33,056 nucleotides of DNA, taken from the NCBI GenBank assembly GCA_045615825.1, contig JAZLFL010000128.1:1-33056 (forward strand), written 5' to 3'. This DNA comes from Lachnospiraceae bacterium (GTDB lineage: Bacteria > Bacillota > Clostridia > Lachnospirales > Lachnospiraceae). A program made the translations under genes and the position numbers. The notes beneath the pieces were generated by a model that saw only the letters and a list, made by a program, of their open reading frames with translations, had not been told where the DNA came from and did no database searches. This document shows positions 18,265-27,634 of the stretch, one piece after another; position 1 is the first letter of the stretch; the number at the start of each line of letters is the position of its first letter.

Positions 18265-19743
18265 ATGACCATTAAGAAGTTATTCGTTAAAGTAACTAAC
18301 TTAATATTGTCCAGTGCCCTAATTTTTACCATAGCAGGCAGCAGCGTGCTAAGTGTCCATGCGGAGAAGTCAGAAGCAGAGTATCTGTCAGAAGCAGAAG
18401 CGAGAAAAGAGCTTCCAATTCAGTCAGATGACTACGTTAACTGGCCAGCAGGTCCTAAGCTTGGTTGTGAGTCGGCTATGCTTGTTGAGGCAACAACGGG
18501 TGTTGTACTCTATGAGAAAAACATTCATGAGAAGCTGTATCCGGCGTCGGTTACCAAGATGCTTACAGCTCTAATTGCCATGGAAGAATGTGACATGGAT
18601 GAGATGGTTACATATTCTCAGGCTGCAATAGACAGTATTAACTGGAGAACGGATGCCAATCTTGGAATTGCCCCAGGCAATCAGATTACAATGGAGCAGT
18701 CACTCTACGGATTGTTGGTAGGATCTGCCAATGAGGTTGCATATGCGATTGCGGAGCATATCTGTGGTGAGGGTAATCTTACAGGTTTTGCGGATAAGAT
18801 GAATGAAAAGGCAAAAGAGCTCGGCTGCACTGACTCACATTTCGTAACTCCTAATGGTATTCATGATGAGAATCATTATACTTCTGCCGCGGATCTTGCG
18901 AAGATTGCAGAGGCATTTTATTCTTATGAGCTGTTGTCCAAGATGGCTTCAACTGTTAAGTATCAGGTGCCTCAGACAGCCACACAGCCAAGAGATGATA
19001 TGATTGTATATGCCAAGAGTAAGCTTCATCAGGGCAAGGAGTATGCTTATGATGGATTACTTGGAACGAAGACAGGTTATACAGAGTTTGCCAGACAGAC
19101 TCTGGTTAGTTGTGCTGAGAAAAATGGCATTAAGTTAATCGCTGTTGTGCTTAAGGAGGAGAGTCCTTACCAGTTCACAGATACAGTGGAGCTTTTTGAT
19201 TATGGATTTAATAATTTCAAGAAGGTGTCAGCCTCTGAGAATGATAATACATATGTAATTCAGAGTCTTACATTCTTCTCAACAAGTTCGGATGTATTCG
19301 GAAGCAGTAAGCCAATTCTTCAGATGAATTCATCGGACTATATAGTACTTCCTATGGATGCTGAGTTTACTGATACCACCTCCGAGTTGGATTATGTAAA
19401 CCGCGATAAGGGTGATATTGCCAAGATTAACTATTACTATAATGGGAAATATGTAGGATGTGCTGACATAGAGCCTGCCAAGGCACCAATCAAGAATTTT
19501 GATTTTGGTCCATTAGAGGTTGAAACAGTAAAAGAAGTCGTTCCAGAAGACATTATGTTCATTAATGTTAAAAATATAATCATTGGAGTTGCCGTTCTGG
19601 CTGCTCTTCTAATTGTTGTGTTCGCAATTAAGAGTCTTATACCTGGTAGAAGGGGAGTAGGTAGCAGAAGGAAAAGGAGACCATCTCACAAATCCTATAA
19701 TACACCTAATACAAGGAACCTTGACTGGCGAGGCTTCAAGTAA
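18265..19743 (+). CDS. D-alanyl-D-alanine carboxypeptidase (peptidase S11, DacA-like)
   Basis: Signal peptide, SxxK in YPASVTK, SxN in SAN, KTG, C-terminal TM helix and basic tail. Confidence 0.92.
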   Translation: MTIKKLFVKVTNLILSSALIFTIAGSSVLSVHAEKSEAEYLSEAEARKELPIQSDDYVNWPAGPKLGCESAMLVEATTGVVLYEKNIHEKLYPASVTKMLTALIAMEECDMDEMVTYSQAAIDSINWRTDANLGIAPGNQITMEQSLYGLLVGSANEVAYAIAEHICGEGNLTGFADKMNEKAKELGCTDSHFVTPNGIHDENHYTSAADLAKIAEAFYSYELLSKMASTVKYQVPQTATQPRDDMIVYAKSKLHQGKEYAYDGLLGTKTGYTEFARQTLVSCAEKNGIKLIAVVLKEESPYQFTDTVELFDYGFNNFKKVSASENDNTYVIQSLTFFSTSSDVFGSSKPILQMNSSDYIVLPMDAEFTDTTSELDYVNRDKGDIAKINYYYNGKYVGCADIEPAKAPIKNFDFGPLEVETVKEVVPEDIMFINVKNIIIGVAVLAALLIVVFAIKSLIPGRRGVGSRRKRRPSHKSYNTPNTRNLDWRGFK

Positions 19744-19748
19744 TAATT

Positions 19749-19764
19749 CCACAATATATAGTAT
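19749..19764. promoter_or_regulatory. NrdR-box-like site upstream of the TPR gene
   Basis: CCACAATATATAGTAT matches acaCwAtATaTwGtgt at 14/16 positions. Confidence 0.5.
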
Positions 19765-19790
19765 TTACAGTATTTTAAATACCCTTGAAC

Positions 19791-19819
19791 TTGTATTTTA
19801 GATACGCCTATGATAGACT
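19791..19819 (+). promoter_or_regulatory. Putative sigmaA promoter with extended -10
   Basis: TTGTAT (19791-19796), 17 nt, TAGACT (19814-19819), with TG at 19811-19812. Confidence 0.6.
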
Positions 19820-19872
19820 TTACTTAATATTGGGTAAGTGTGCGCCATTTTCCAATATAAGAGTTTAGAGAG

Positions 19873-22758
19873 GTGGATATCGTGGATAAATACGAGTACA
19901 ATCTGCGCAACGAAGAGATTAATGCGCTTATTGCCAGAAGAGAATTCCAGAAAGCAGTTGCTATAGCTGATGGTATTGACTGGACAAAGGTCAGAAGCGT
20001 TAAGACTTTATGCAAGATCAGTGATCTGTATAAGATTAATAAGCGCTACAAGGAAGCTAAGATTCTGTTAGAACAGGCTTTGAACAGATGCCCAACAGGT
20101 AAGAACATCGTATCTTCATTATGCGAATTGTGTATTCGAATGGATGATGTTGTTGGTGCAATGGAGTACTATAAGCAGTTCGTGCAGATGGCTCCAACTG
20201 ATAACAATAAGTTCATTCTTCTATATAAGATATATGAAGCTCAGGAGGTAACTTTAGATGAGAGAATCGAGGTACTCGAAGAGCTTAAGAAGAGAGAGAG
20301 AATTGAGAAGTGGTGCTACGAGTTAGCATACCTCTATCATAGAATTGGTCTTACAACGAGATGCGTGGAAGAGTGTGATGATCTTATTCTCTGGTTCAGA
20401 GAGGGTAAGTATGTTAAGAAGGCTATGGAGCTTAAGATGCTTCATCAGCAGTTAACTCAGTCACAGGAAGTTCTCTATCAGAATATGCTTGATCCTCAGG
20501 AGAGAATTGCGTATGTGAGCCAGACAACTGTTAATCAGATGGAGGCTCCAGTGGTTCCTGACCAGGAGGATGTATTAGTTAAGACTGTTGACGTTGGTCA
20601 GTACAGCACAATTAATATTCAGAGAGCACTTGAAGAGAGCATTAAGGGAACTCTTGGCGATGAAGAGCAGCCAGTTATGCCAGTAACGGAGCCTGAAGTG
20701 AGCGTTGAGTCAGTTCCTGATAGTACAATTCTTCTGTCTGATCCTCATTCTGATGAGGATGTTAAGATCTCCCGTAATATAGTAGCAGAGCAGCTGCTTG
20801 CTCCTATGATGCAGGATACATCTGAGATGACAGAGCTGTTCTTCAATAGTGATACAGGTGAGATTGAGATTGATGAGACAGGAGATATCCCAAGTCTTAC
20901 AGGTAATATATATGGAACTTCTGAACCGGTAGTAACAGAGGAAGAGCCTGTTGATGTCAGAAGCCAGGTGGCATTCCCTGATGGACCAGTAAAACCTGAT
21001 ACACTTGTATATAACAAGGGTGACAGCATATATATGAACGCTGCTAATCAGGCAGCTGAAGCAGAAGTGCCAGTTATTGATATTAGTAATGCTTCACAGG
21101 AAGACTTAATGGCAATTATTGATCGTAAGGTTCAGGAAGCACTTGAGAATGCGATGAAGGGTCAGTCAATGATTCCTGTTAATCAGCCAATATACAGAGC
21201 TGAGAGCCTTTCTCATGTTACACCACCTAGATCAATGCAGAGAATGTTATCTCAGGAGCTTGATGGCCAGCTGTCATTAGTAGTTCCAGAGTCAGAATCT
21301 GTTGAGAAGCAGATAACAGGACAGATTAATATAGATGATTACCTTAAGAGCTGGGAGAATAAAACTGCAGAAGAAGAGCTCCCAGAGGTAGAGGAGATTG
21401 CCGAGGTTGAAGAGCCTGAAGTAGTAATTCCAGAGGAGCCAGTAGTCGTACCAGTTCCAGAGGTAGTAGCAGCAGACTTACAGGAGATAATTCCAGAAGC
21501 TGATGAAGTAGAAGAGATCGCCGAGGAGCCTGAAGAGATTATTGAAGAGCCTGAAGCAGAAGTTACAGAAGAAACTGAAGCTGAGGAGCCTGCTGAAGAA
21601 GTAGTGGAGGCAGAGCCTGAAGTTACAGAAGCTACAGAAGAAGCAGCAGAGCCAGAAGTCACAGAGGCTACAGAAGAAGTAGCGGAGGCAGAGCCTGAAG
21701 TTACAGAAGCTACAGAAGAGGTGGTTGAGGAATCTGCCGAAGAGCCAGCATTAGTAATTCCTGATGAAGTAGCTAACGCCGGGGAGACAGAAGAAGTCGA
21801 AGAGCCAAAAGAAGCCGAGGAGTCAGAAGCTACAGAAGAAGAGGTTGAGGCCGAAGAGCCAGAAGCTACAGAAGAAGAGGCTGAGGCCGAAGAGCCAGAA
21901 GCTACAGACGAGACTGACGAGACAGACGAGTCTGAGGAGCCAGAGGAAGAAGAGGAAGAAGAGGCTCCAGCTAAAGAAGCTGATTCTGAAGAAGATACCG
22001 ACGAAGAAGGCAGAGCGTTAACAGACGAAGAGCTGTCACTTTTCGCACAGTTTGTACAGACTAAGAAGGCTAAGCAGAATTTAAGTAAGGCATTAGACAG
22101 TATCAGCCTTGCATCATATACAGGTAATGTATTCGTTACAGGTGACACAGGTGATGAACCAGTTGAGCTTGCGCAGAGCGTTGTTAAATATGCCAAGATT
22201 ACAGATGGTAACTTCTCAGGCAAGATTGGTAAGGTAACCGGTGGGTCCTTAAATGGTAAGGATGTTAATGCAACAATTAACAGACTTGCGAATGGTGGTC
22301 TTATTATTGAGAAGGCCGGTGAGATGAATGACGAGACAGCTAAAACTCTTGTTAAGATTCTTAACCAGGATAATCTTGGAGTCCTTGTAGTAATGCAGGA
22401 TACTAAGAAAGAGATGAACAAGATGTTCTCTCAGATTGAAGGTTTGAAGCAGATCTTCAATGTTCATATTGAGATTGAGGAGTTAAGTGATGATGCGCTT
22501 GTTGCATACGGACGCAAGTATGCTGAGCATATGGAGTTCTCTATCGATGAGATGGGTATTCTTGCACTTCATACAAGAATTGATGAGATGCAGACAAGTG
22601 ATCATATAGTAACAGTTGCCGATGTAAGAGAGATTGTTGATGAGGCTATCGACAATGCTACCAAGTTCAGTCCTAAGCATATTACAGAGATACTGTTCGG
22701 TAAGAGATATGATGATGATGATATGATCATCCTTAAAGAAAGAGATTTTGCTAACTAA
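19873..22758 (+). CDS. 961-aa protein: N-terminal TPR domain, Glu/Pro-rich linker, C-terminal degenerate AAA+ (CbbX/SpoVK-like) domain
   Basis: TPR-like helices in aa ~1-200 (EAKILLEQAL..CP, AMEYYKQFVQMAP, YELAYLYHRIG), acidic repeats, then GNVFVTGDTGDEPV and GGLIIEKA. GTG start with AGAGAG upstream. Confidence 0.75.
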   Translation: MDIVDKYEYNLRNEEINALIARREFQKAVAIADGIDWTKVRSVKTLCKISDLYKINKRYKEAKILLEQALNRCPTGKNIVSSLCELCIRMDDVVGAMEYYKQFVQMAPTDNNKFILLYKIYEAQEVTLDERIEVLEELKKRERIEKWCYELAYLYHRIGLTTRCVEECDDLILWFREGKYVKKAMELKMLHQQLTQSQEVLYQNMLDPQERIAYVSQTTVNQMEAPVVPDQEDVLVKTVDVGQYSTINIQRALEESIKGTLGDEEQPVMPVTEPEVSVESVPDSTILLSDPHSDEDVKISRNIVAEQLLAPMMQDTSEMTELFFNSDTGEIEIDETGDIPSLTGNIYGTSEPVVTEEEPVDVRSQVAFPDGPVKPDTLVYNKGDSIYMNAANQAAEAEVPVIDISNASQEDLMAIIDRKVQEALENAMKGQSMIPVNQPIYRAESLSHVTPPRSMQRMLSQELDGQLSLVVPESESVEKQITGQINIDDYLKSWENKTAEEELPEVEEIAEVEEPEVVIPEEPVVVPVPEVVAADLQEIIPEADEVEEIAEEPEEIIEEPEAEVTEETEAEEPAEEVVEAEPEVTEATEEAAEPEVTEATEEVAEAEPEVTEATEEVVEESAEEPALVIPDEVANAGETEEVEEPKEAEESEATEEEVEAEEPEATEEEAEAEEPEATDETDETDESEEPEEEEEEEAPAKEADSEEDTDEEGRALTDEELSLFAQFVQTKKAKQNLSKALDSISLASYTGNVFVTGDTGDEPVELAQSVVKYAKITDGNFSGKIGKVTGGSLNGKDVNATINRLANGGLIIEKAGEMNDETAKTLVKILNQDNLGVLVVMQDTKKEMNKMFSQIEGLKQIFNVHIEIEELSDDALVAYGRKYAEHMEFSIDEMGILALHTRIDEMQTSDHIVTVADVREIVDEAIDNATKFSPKHITEILFGKRYDDDDMIILKERDFAN
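21595..21908 (+). repeat. In-frame coding repeats (EAEPEVTEATEE and EATEEE[VA]EAEEP)
   Basis: 47-nt near-identical copies at 21595-21641 and 21673-21719 (78-nt period). The 36-nt unit CAGAAGCTACAGAAGAAGAGGYTGAGGCCGAAGAGC occurs ~2.3 times at 21824-21908. Confidence 0.85.
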
Positions 22759-22775
22759 ATTAGGAGGTTGGGGCT

Positions 22776-24692
22776 GTGGCAGTAGCTAAGAAGAAATTAG
22801 ATCAGGTATTTATATCAGAAGCTGATCAGTATGTGTTCGCACAGGGAACACATTATGAGATTTATAAGAAATTAGGAGCTCATCCACCAATGGAGAATGG
22901 GAAAGAGGGTATATTCTTCGGAGTATGGGCACCTAATGCAGCATCAGTTTATGTTATTGGAACATTCAATGACTGGAATGAGACATCTCATCCACTTGAT
23001 AGATTGGGTTCAGGTGGTGTATATGCTAAGTTCTATGAGGGAATTAAGTCTGGTGAGTTATATAAGTTCTTAATTGTAACTCCAGATGGTAAGAAGTTAT
23101 ATAAGGCAGATCCATTTGCTAACTATGCAGAGCTTCGTCCAGGAACAGCATCAAGAATTACAGATTTAAGTGCTATTAAGTGGTCTGACGCTACATGGAT
23201 GAAGAAGCGTGAGACCAAGGATATGAATAAGGAGCCGATGGCAGTCTATGAGTGTCATATTGGTTCATGGATGAAGCACCCGGATGGAACAGAGGATGGC
23301 TTCTATAATTATCGCGAGTTCGCGGACAGAATCGTTGAGTATCTTAAGGAGCTTAAGTATACACATATAGAGCTTCTTGGTATCGCGGAGCATCCATTTG
23401 ATGGTTCATGGGGATATCAGGTAACAGGTTACTACGCTCCAACATCTAGATATGGAACACCTGAGGATTTCGCATATATGGTTAACCTCTTACATAAGAA
23501 TGGTATTGGTATCATTCTTGACTGGGTACCAGCTCACTTCCCTAAGGATGCACATGGTCTTGCTGAGTTCGATGGAACATGCTTATTCGAGCATCCAGAT
23601 AAGAGAAGAGGCGAGCATCCAGACTGGGGTACTAAGATCTTCAACTATGGTAAGACAGAGGTATCGAACTTCTTAATTGCCAACGCATTATTCTGGATTA
23701 AGGAATTCCACATTGATGGATTAAGAGTAGATGCCGTTGCATCGATGTTATATCTTGACTATGGCAGGGAGGAAGGTCAGTGGCTTCCTAACCAGTATGG
23801 CGGAAGAGAGAATCTTGAAGCGATAGAGTTCTTCAAGCACCTTAACAGTATTATTAGTAAGACATGCCCTGGTGTAATGACTATTGCTGAGGAGTCTACT
23901 GCATGGCCTAAGATCACAGCCAAGGTTGAGGAAGACGGTCTTGGATTTAACTTCAAGTGGAATATGGGATGGATGCATGACTTCTGCGAATACATGAAGT
24001 TGGATCCACTTTTCCGTAAGAATAATCATTATGGTCTTACATTCGCAATGAGTTATAACAGCTCAGAGAATTATGTTCTTCCATTATCACATGATGAGGT
24101 TGTTCATCTTAAGTGTTCAATGGTTGAGAAGATGCCAGGATACAAGATTGATAAGTATGCTAACTTAAGAGTTGGCTATACATTCATGTTCGGCCACTGT
24201 GGCAAGAAGCTTCTGTTCATGGGTCAGGAATTCGGCCAGGAGAGAGAGTGGAGCGAGGCAAGAGAGCTTGACTGGTTCTTACTTGCAGAAGATCTTAATA
24301 TGGGAATGAAGAATTATGTTAGAGATTTGCTTAATCTCTATCGTAAGAATGTCTGCATGTATGAGAACGATAATAACTGGAATGGATTCGAGTGGATTAA
24401 TGCAGACGATGCTGACAGAAGCACATACAGCTTCATCCGTAAGTCAGAGGATGGCAAGAACAAACTGTTATTCGTATTCAACATGACTCCTATTAAGAGA
24501 GAAGGCTATACAGTTGGTGTTCCAACATCCAAGAAGGCTAAGCTTGTACTTAACAGTGATGACAAGATGTATGGCGGCAACGGTAATCCGGTAGCTAAGA
24601 CTGTTACACCTGTTAAGAGTCCTTGTGATAACAGAGAATACATGCTTACATTCGATCTTGCGCCATTTACAGCAGTTGTTTTCGAAATCTAA
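22776..24692 (+). CDS. glgB: 1,4-alpha-glucan branching enzyme (GH13)
   Basis: FGVWAPNA, SWGYQVTGYY, LDWVPAHF, GLRVDAVASM, IAEEST, LSHDEVVH. GTG start with GGAGG. Confidence 0.97.
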   Translation: MAVAKKKLDQVFISEADQYVFAQGTHYEIYKKLGAHPPMENGKEGIFFGVWAPNAASVYVIGTFNDWNETSHPLDRLGSGGVYAKFYEGIKSGELYKFLIVTPDGKKLYKADPFANYAELRPGTASRITDLSAIKWSDATWMKKRETKDMNKEPMAVYECHIGSWMKHPDGTEDGFYNYREFADRIVEYLKELKYTHIELLGIAEHPFDGSWGYQVTGYYAPTSRYGTPEDFAYMVNLLHKNGIGIILDWVPAHFPKDAHGLAEFDGTCLFEHPDKRRGEHPDWGTKIFNYGKTEVSNFLIANALFWIKEFHIDGLRVDAVASMLYLDYGREEGQWLPNQYGGRENLEAIEFFKHLNSIISKTCPGVMTIAEESTAWPKITAKVEEDGLGFNFKWNMGWMHDFCEYMKLDPLFRKNNHYGLTFAMSYNSSENYVLPLSHDEVVHLKCSMVEKMPGYKIDKYANLRVGYTFMFGHCGKKLLFMGQEFGQEREWSEARELDWFLLAEDLNMGMKNYVRDLLNLYRKNVCMYENDNNWNGFEWINADDADRSTYSFIRKSEDGKNKLLFVFNMTPIKREGYTVGVPTSKKAKLVLNSDDKMYGGNGNPVAKTVTPVKSPCDNREYMLTFDLAPFTAVVFEI

Positions 24693-24693
24693 T

Positions 24694-24721
24694 TAAAGAA
24701 AGCATCTCAAAATACCGAAAT
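24694..24721 (+). promoter_or_regulatory. Putative sigma28/sigmaD promoter for the DUF6240 gene
   Basis: TAAA (24694-24697), 16 nt, ACCGAAAT (24714-24721), which matches GCCGATAT at 6/8. Confidence 0.5.
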
Positions 24722-24723
24722 AT

Positions 24724-24756
24724 AGAGTGAGCGGATTTCCCGTTCACTCTTTTTTT
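24724..24756 (+). terminator. Intrinsic terminator after glgB
   Basis: AGAGTGAGCGG-atttc-CCGTTCACTCT followed by TTTTTT. Confidence 0.8.
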
Positions 24757-24773
24757 ATCGATGAGGATTTCTA

Positions 24774-27617
24774 ATGAAGATAGGTCTTGAGTTAAATAAC
24801 AAAGCAATCAAGGAATATACCCCAGTTAATTCACCAGTTAAAGCAAGTGCCGCTGCGAAGGCAAATGCAGCAAAGATAGACATTAAGGGTTCCATATTGG
24901 ATACCAATGCCTACGCGAAGCATGGCAAGACAGGTGATGAACTGATGATGGAGGCAGGAGCAATAGATGTCACAACTACCAGAAATATGATGATAGTTGC
25001 ATCTAATACAATGTCCGAGGAGGATTATAAGAAGGCCATGGAAGGTGGATTCGATCCATCCGAGATGAGCTATGAGGATACAGTTACAATCCTTGATCAT
25101 ATCAAGGCAGCAATAGCAGAGGCCGGTCAGGTCATTGAAGGCTACAATGATGATCTGAGTGACGATGTTCTTAAGGAAGTCACAGGCAGGAGTATGGACC
25201 TTGATACAATTAAGGAAGCTATGGAGAAGGCGGACATTCCTGCAACGCCTGATAATATCAAGAAATTAAGTGAAGCCATTCAGATGATGGCAGATATCGT
25301 AACTCTTCCAGAGGGAAGCGTTAAGTATATGGTTGAGAACGAGCTTGAGCCAACAATTGGCAATATCTACACTGCCCGTTTCAGCGCGATGGATGACGGT
25401 TCGCATCAGGCCAGGGGCTACTATGCTGAGGAGATGAGCGGCTACTATGCCCGCAAGGCTGATAATGTGGACTGGGAGGCTATTAAGCCTCAGGTAGAAA
25501 AGGCCGTTGAATCCATGGATCTTCCAGATACAGATATGGATAAGCGACTCGAAGATGCCAAGTGGCTTATGGAGAAGGGTATTCCCGTAACTGAGGCAAA
25601 AATGACTGCCCTTGAGGATGTGGAATCTATTGAGTTCCCTGTGGCACCAGAACTGGTTATTGAAGCTGGAATAGAAGCAATCACAGAAGGTAAGGAGCCT
25701 AAGGACGGTAACTTATCCAATAACGGTAATAATAAGAATCTCTACAGAAAAGCCTTCGAGCAGAGAGAAGCACTAATTAATGCAAGCATTGACAGAGAAG
25801 AAGCAAGACTCACAATGTCGATTGATGCCAATATAAGATTACTTAAGAAAGGCATCTCTATTGATACCAAGCCTGTTGAGGAAGTGCTCGAAGCACTTAA
25901 GAAGGAAGAAGAGAATCTAAGGAATGCATTCTTAGGTGAGTCGGATTCTGTAGAAGAAGCTGACAGCAAGGTTAAGTTATATAATCAGACCGTTAAGGTA
26001 GTAGAAGAGATTCCAACTCTTCCTGCAGCGACACTTGGAAGAGTGGTTGCTACAGAGGGTGATATTACATTAGCTAAGGTTCATGAATCAGGAGTAGATC
26101 TTAAGAACCAGTACCAGAATGCATCGCTTAGATATGAGGAGATGGGAACAGAGGTTAGAAAGGACCTCGGTGATTCCATTACCAAGGCATTCAGGAATGT
26201 AGATGATATCCTAAGAGATTTAAGACTTCCAGTTACTGCAGAGAATGAGAGGGCTGTAAGAATCCTTGGATATAACAGCATGATCATTAATGCAGAGGAG
26301 ATTAAGAAGGTTGCTGATGTGGACAGTAAGCTTCAGAATGCTATTCGCGGACTTACACCAGCTAAGACCTTACAGTTAATTCGTGAGGGTATTAATCCAC
26401 TTGGCCTTAACATTGATGAATTAGTTGATCATGTTAATGAAATGGATATGGATCCTAAGCGTGATAATCAGAAATACAGCAAGTTCTTATATAAGCTTGA
26501 GCAGAGCAAGGGAATAACTGATGAGGAGAAGCAGTCCTTCATTGGAATATACAGAATGATTAACCGTCTTGAGAAGACGGATCATGCATCAATCGGAAGA
26601 CTTCTTGATAGTGGAGCAGATATTACATTTGGTAATCTCCTAACTGCTATGAGAAGTGCCAGGAAGAGCTTTAATCTTAAAATTGACGACGACTTCGGAT
26701 TACTCGAAGAGACAATAAGCAGAGGAAGCTCCATAACTGACCAGATTGAGGCAGCATTTGTTAATAAAGTATCTGAAGAAGTAAGTAAGGAACTGGATGA
26801 TAAATATGCTGCAAGACAGATGGCTGAGATAAGAGAATCTGCAGAAGCATCTGAGGAAATAGTAGAAGAACTTCTTAATAACAATGTTAAGGTTAGTCCA
26901 GAGAATATTCAGGCAGCTATTCAGTTTGAAATGGAGCCTAACAGATTATTCAGACACCTGCGTGCATACAGCAGAAGAGTTGATAACAGAACAACTGAAC
27001 TTCATGCAGAGGATAAGTTAACTAAGGCGATTGATGAATTCCCAGAGAGCTTAACAGGTGTGGCATCTGCTAAGGAAGGATATAAGTCATTGATTGATAC
27101 AATGACTGAGACTCTTTCAGATATGGCAGATATTGGAGCAGATACATCAATTGATCTTGCATCAATTGGTCTTATGTATAAGCAGTTATCACTTGCAGTT
27201 AACTATTCCAATGAAGAGAATTACCATGTACCAGTAATGGTTGAGGGCAAGCTTACAGATATTAATCTTAAGCTACAGCATGGTGAAGAGACAGGAATTG
27301 TTACAGCGACTATGGAAATTGGAGACTCAGACAGCGTTGGTGCACAGATTCGAGTAAATGGTAACTCAGTCGAGGCCATTTTTATCGGAGAAAACAGAGA
27401 AAGTGTAAGTGCTTTAAATGGTGCAGCTGAGATATTCAGAGGCTTACTAAGGACACAGGGCTTTGAGGAACCTGAAATCAGATTTATAACCGGTAATCCT
27501 AAAGCAAGTGGTAAAATTATTGGAAAAAATGCCGATAATAATAATGAAGCAGTCACAACAGGCAGATTATATGCGGTGGCAAAGAGCTTCATACAATCAG
27601 TAAACAAGGTAAATTAA
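24774..27617 (+). CDS. 947-aa DUF6240-like flagellum-associated protein, possibly with a FliK-like C-terminal domain
   Basis: Motifs YEEMGTEVRKDLGDSITKAF.N and ENERAVRILGYN recognised from memory as this family. Lies directly upstream of flagellin and fliS. Confidence 0.65.
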   Translation: MKIGLELNNKAIKEYTPVNSPVKASAAAKANAAKIDIKGSILDTNAYAKHGKTGDELMMEAGAIDVTTTRNMMIVASNTMSEEDYKKAMEGGFDPSEMSYEDTVTILDHIKAAIAEAGQVIEGYNDDLSDDVLKEVTGRSMDLDTIKEAMEKADIPATPDNIKKLSEAIQMMADIVTLPEGSVKYMVENELEPTIGNIYTARFSAMDDGSHQARGYYAEEMSGYYARKADNVDWEAIKPQVEKAVESMDLPDTDMDKRLEDAKWLMEKGIPVTEAKMTALEDVESIEFPVAPELVIEAGIEAITEGKEPKDGNLSNNGNNKNLYRKAFEQREALINASIDREEARLTMSIDANIRLLKKGISIDTKPVEEVLEALKKEEENLRNAFLGESDSVEEADSKVKLYNQTVKVVEEIPTLPAATLGRVVATEGDITLAKVHESGVDLKNQYQNASLRYEEMGTEVRKDLGDSITKAFRNVDDILRDLRLPVTAENERAVRILGYNSMIINAEEIKKVADVDSKLQNAIRGLTPAKTLQLIREGINPLGLNIDELVDHVNEMDMDPKRDNQKYSKFLYKLEQSKGITDEEKQSFIGIYRMINRLEKTDHASIGRLLDSGADITFGNLLTAMRSARKSFNLKIDDDFGLLEETISRGSSITDQIEAAFVNKVSEEVSKELDDKYAARQMAEIRESAEASEEIVEELLNNNVKVSPENIQAAIQFEMEPNRLFRHLRAYSRRVDNRTTELHAEDKLTKAIDEFPESLTGVASAKEGYKSLIDTMTETLSDMADIGADTSIDLASIGLMYKQLSLAVNYSNEENYHVPVMVEGKLTDINLKLQHGEETGIVTATMEIGDSDSVGAQIRVNGNSVEAIFIGENRESVSALNGAAEIFRGLLRTQGFEEPEIRFITGNPKASGKIIGKNADNNNEAVTTGRLYAVAKSFIQSVNKVN
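27512..27538 (+). promoter_or_regulatory. sigma28 (FliA/SigD) promoter for flagellin, embedded in the upstream CDS
   Basis: Exact consensus TAAA (27512-27515), 15 nt, GCCGATAA (27531-27538), about 96 nt before the flagellin ATG. Confidence 0.85.
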
Positions 27618-27634
27618 CCCAGGAGGAAAACCTT

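Noticed and set aside
21339-22421. 360-aa Ser-rich antisense ORF
   Set aside because: Mirror of the GAA/GAG-rich linker on the plus strand, which lacks stops on the reverse strand for compositional reasons.
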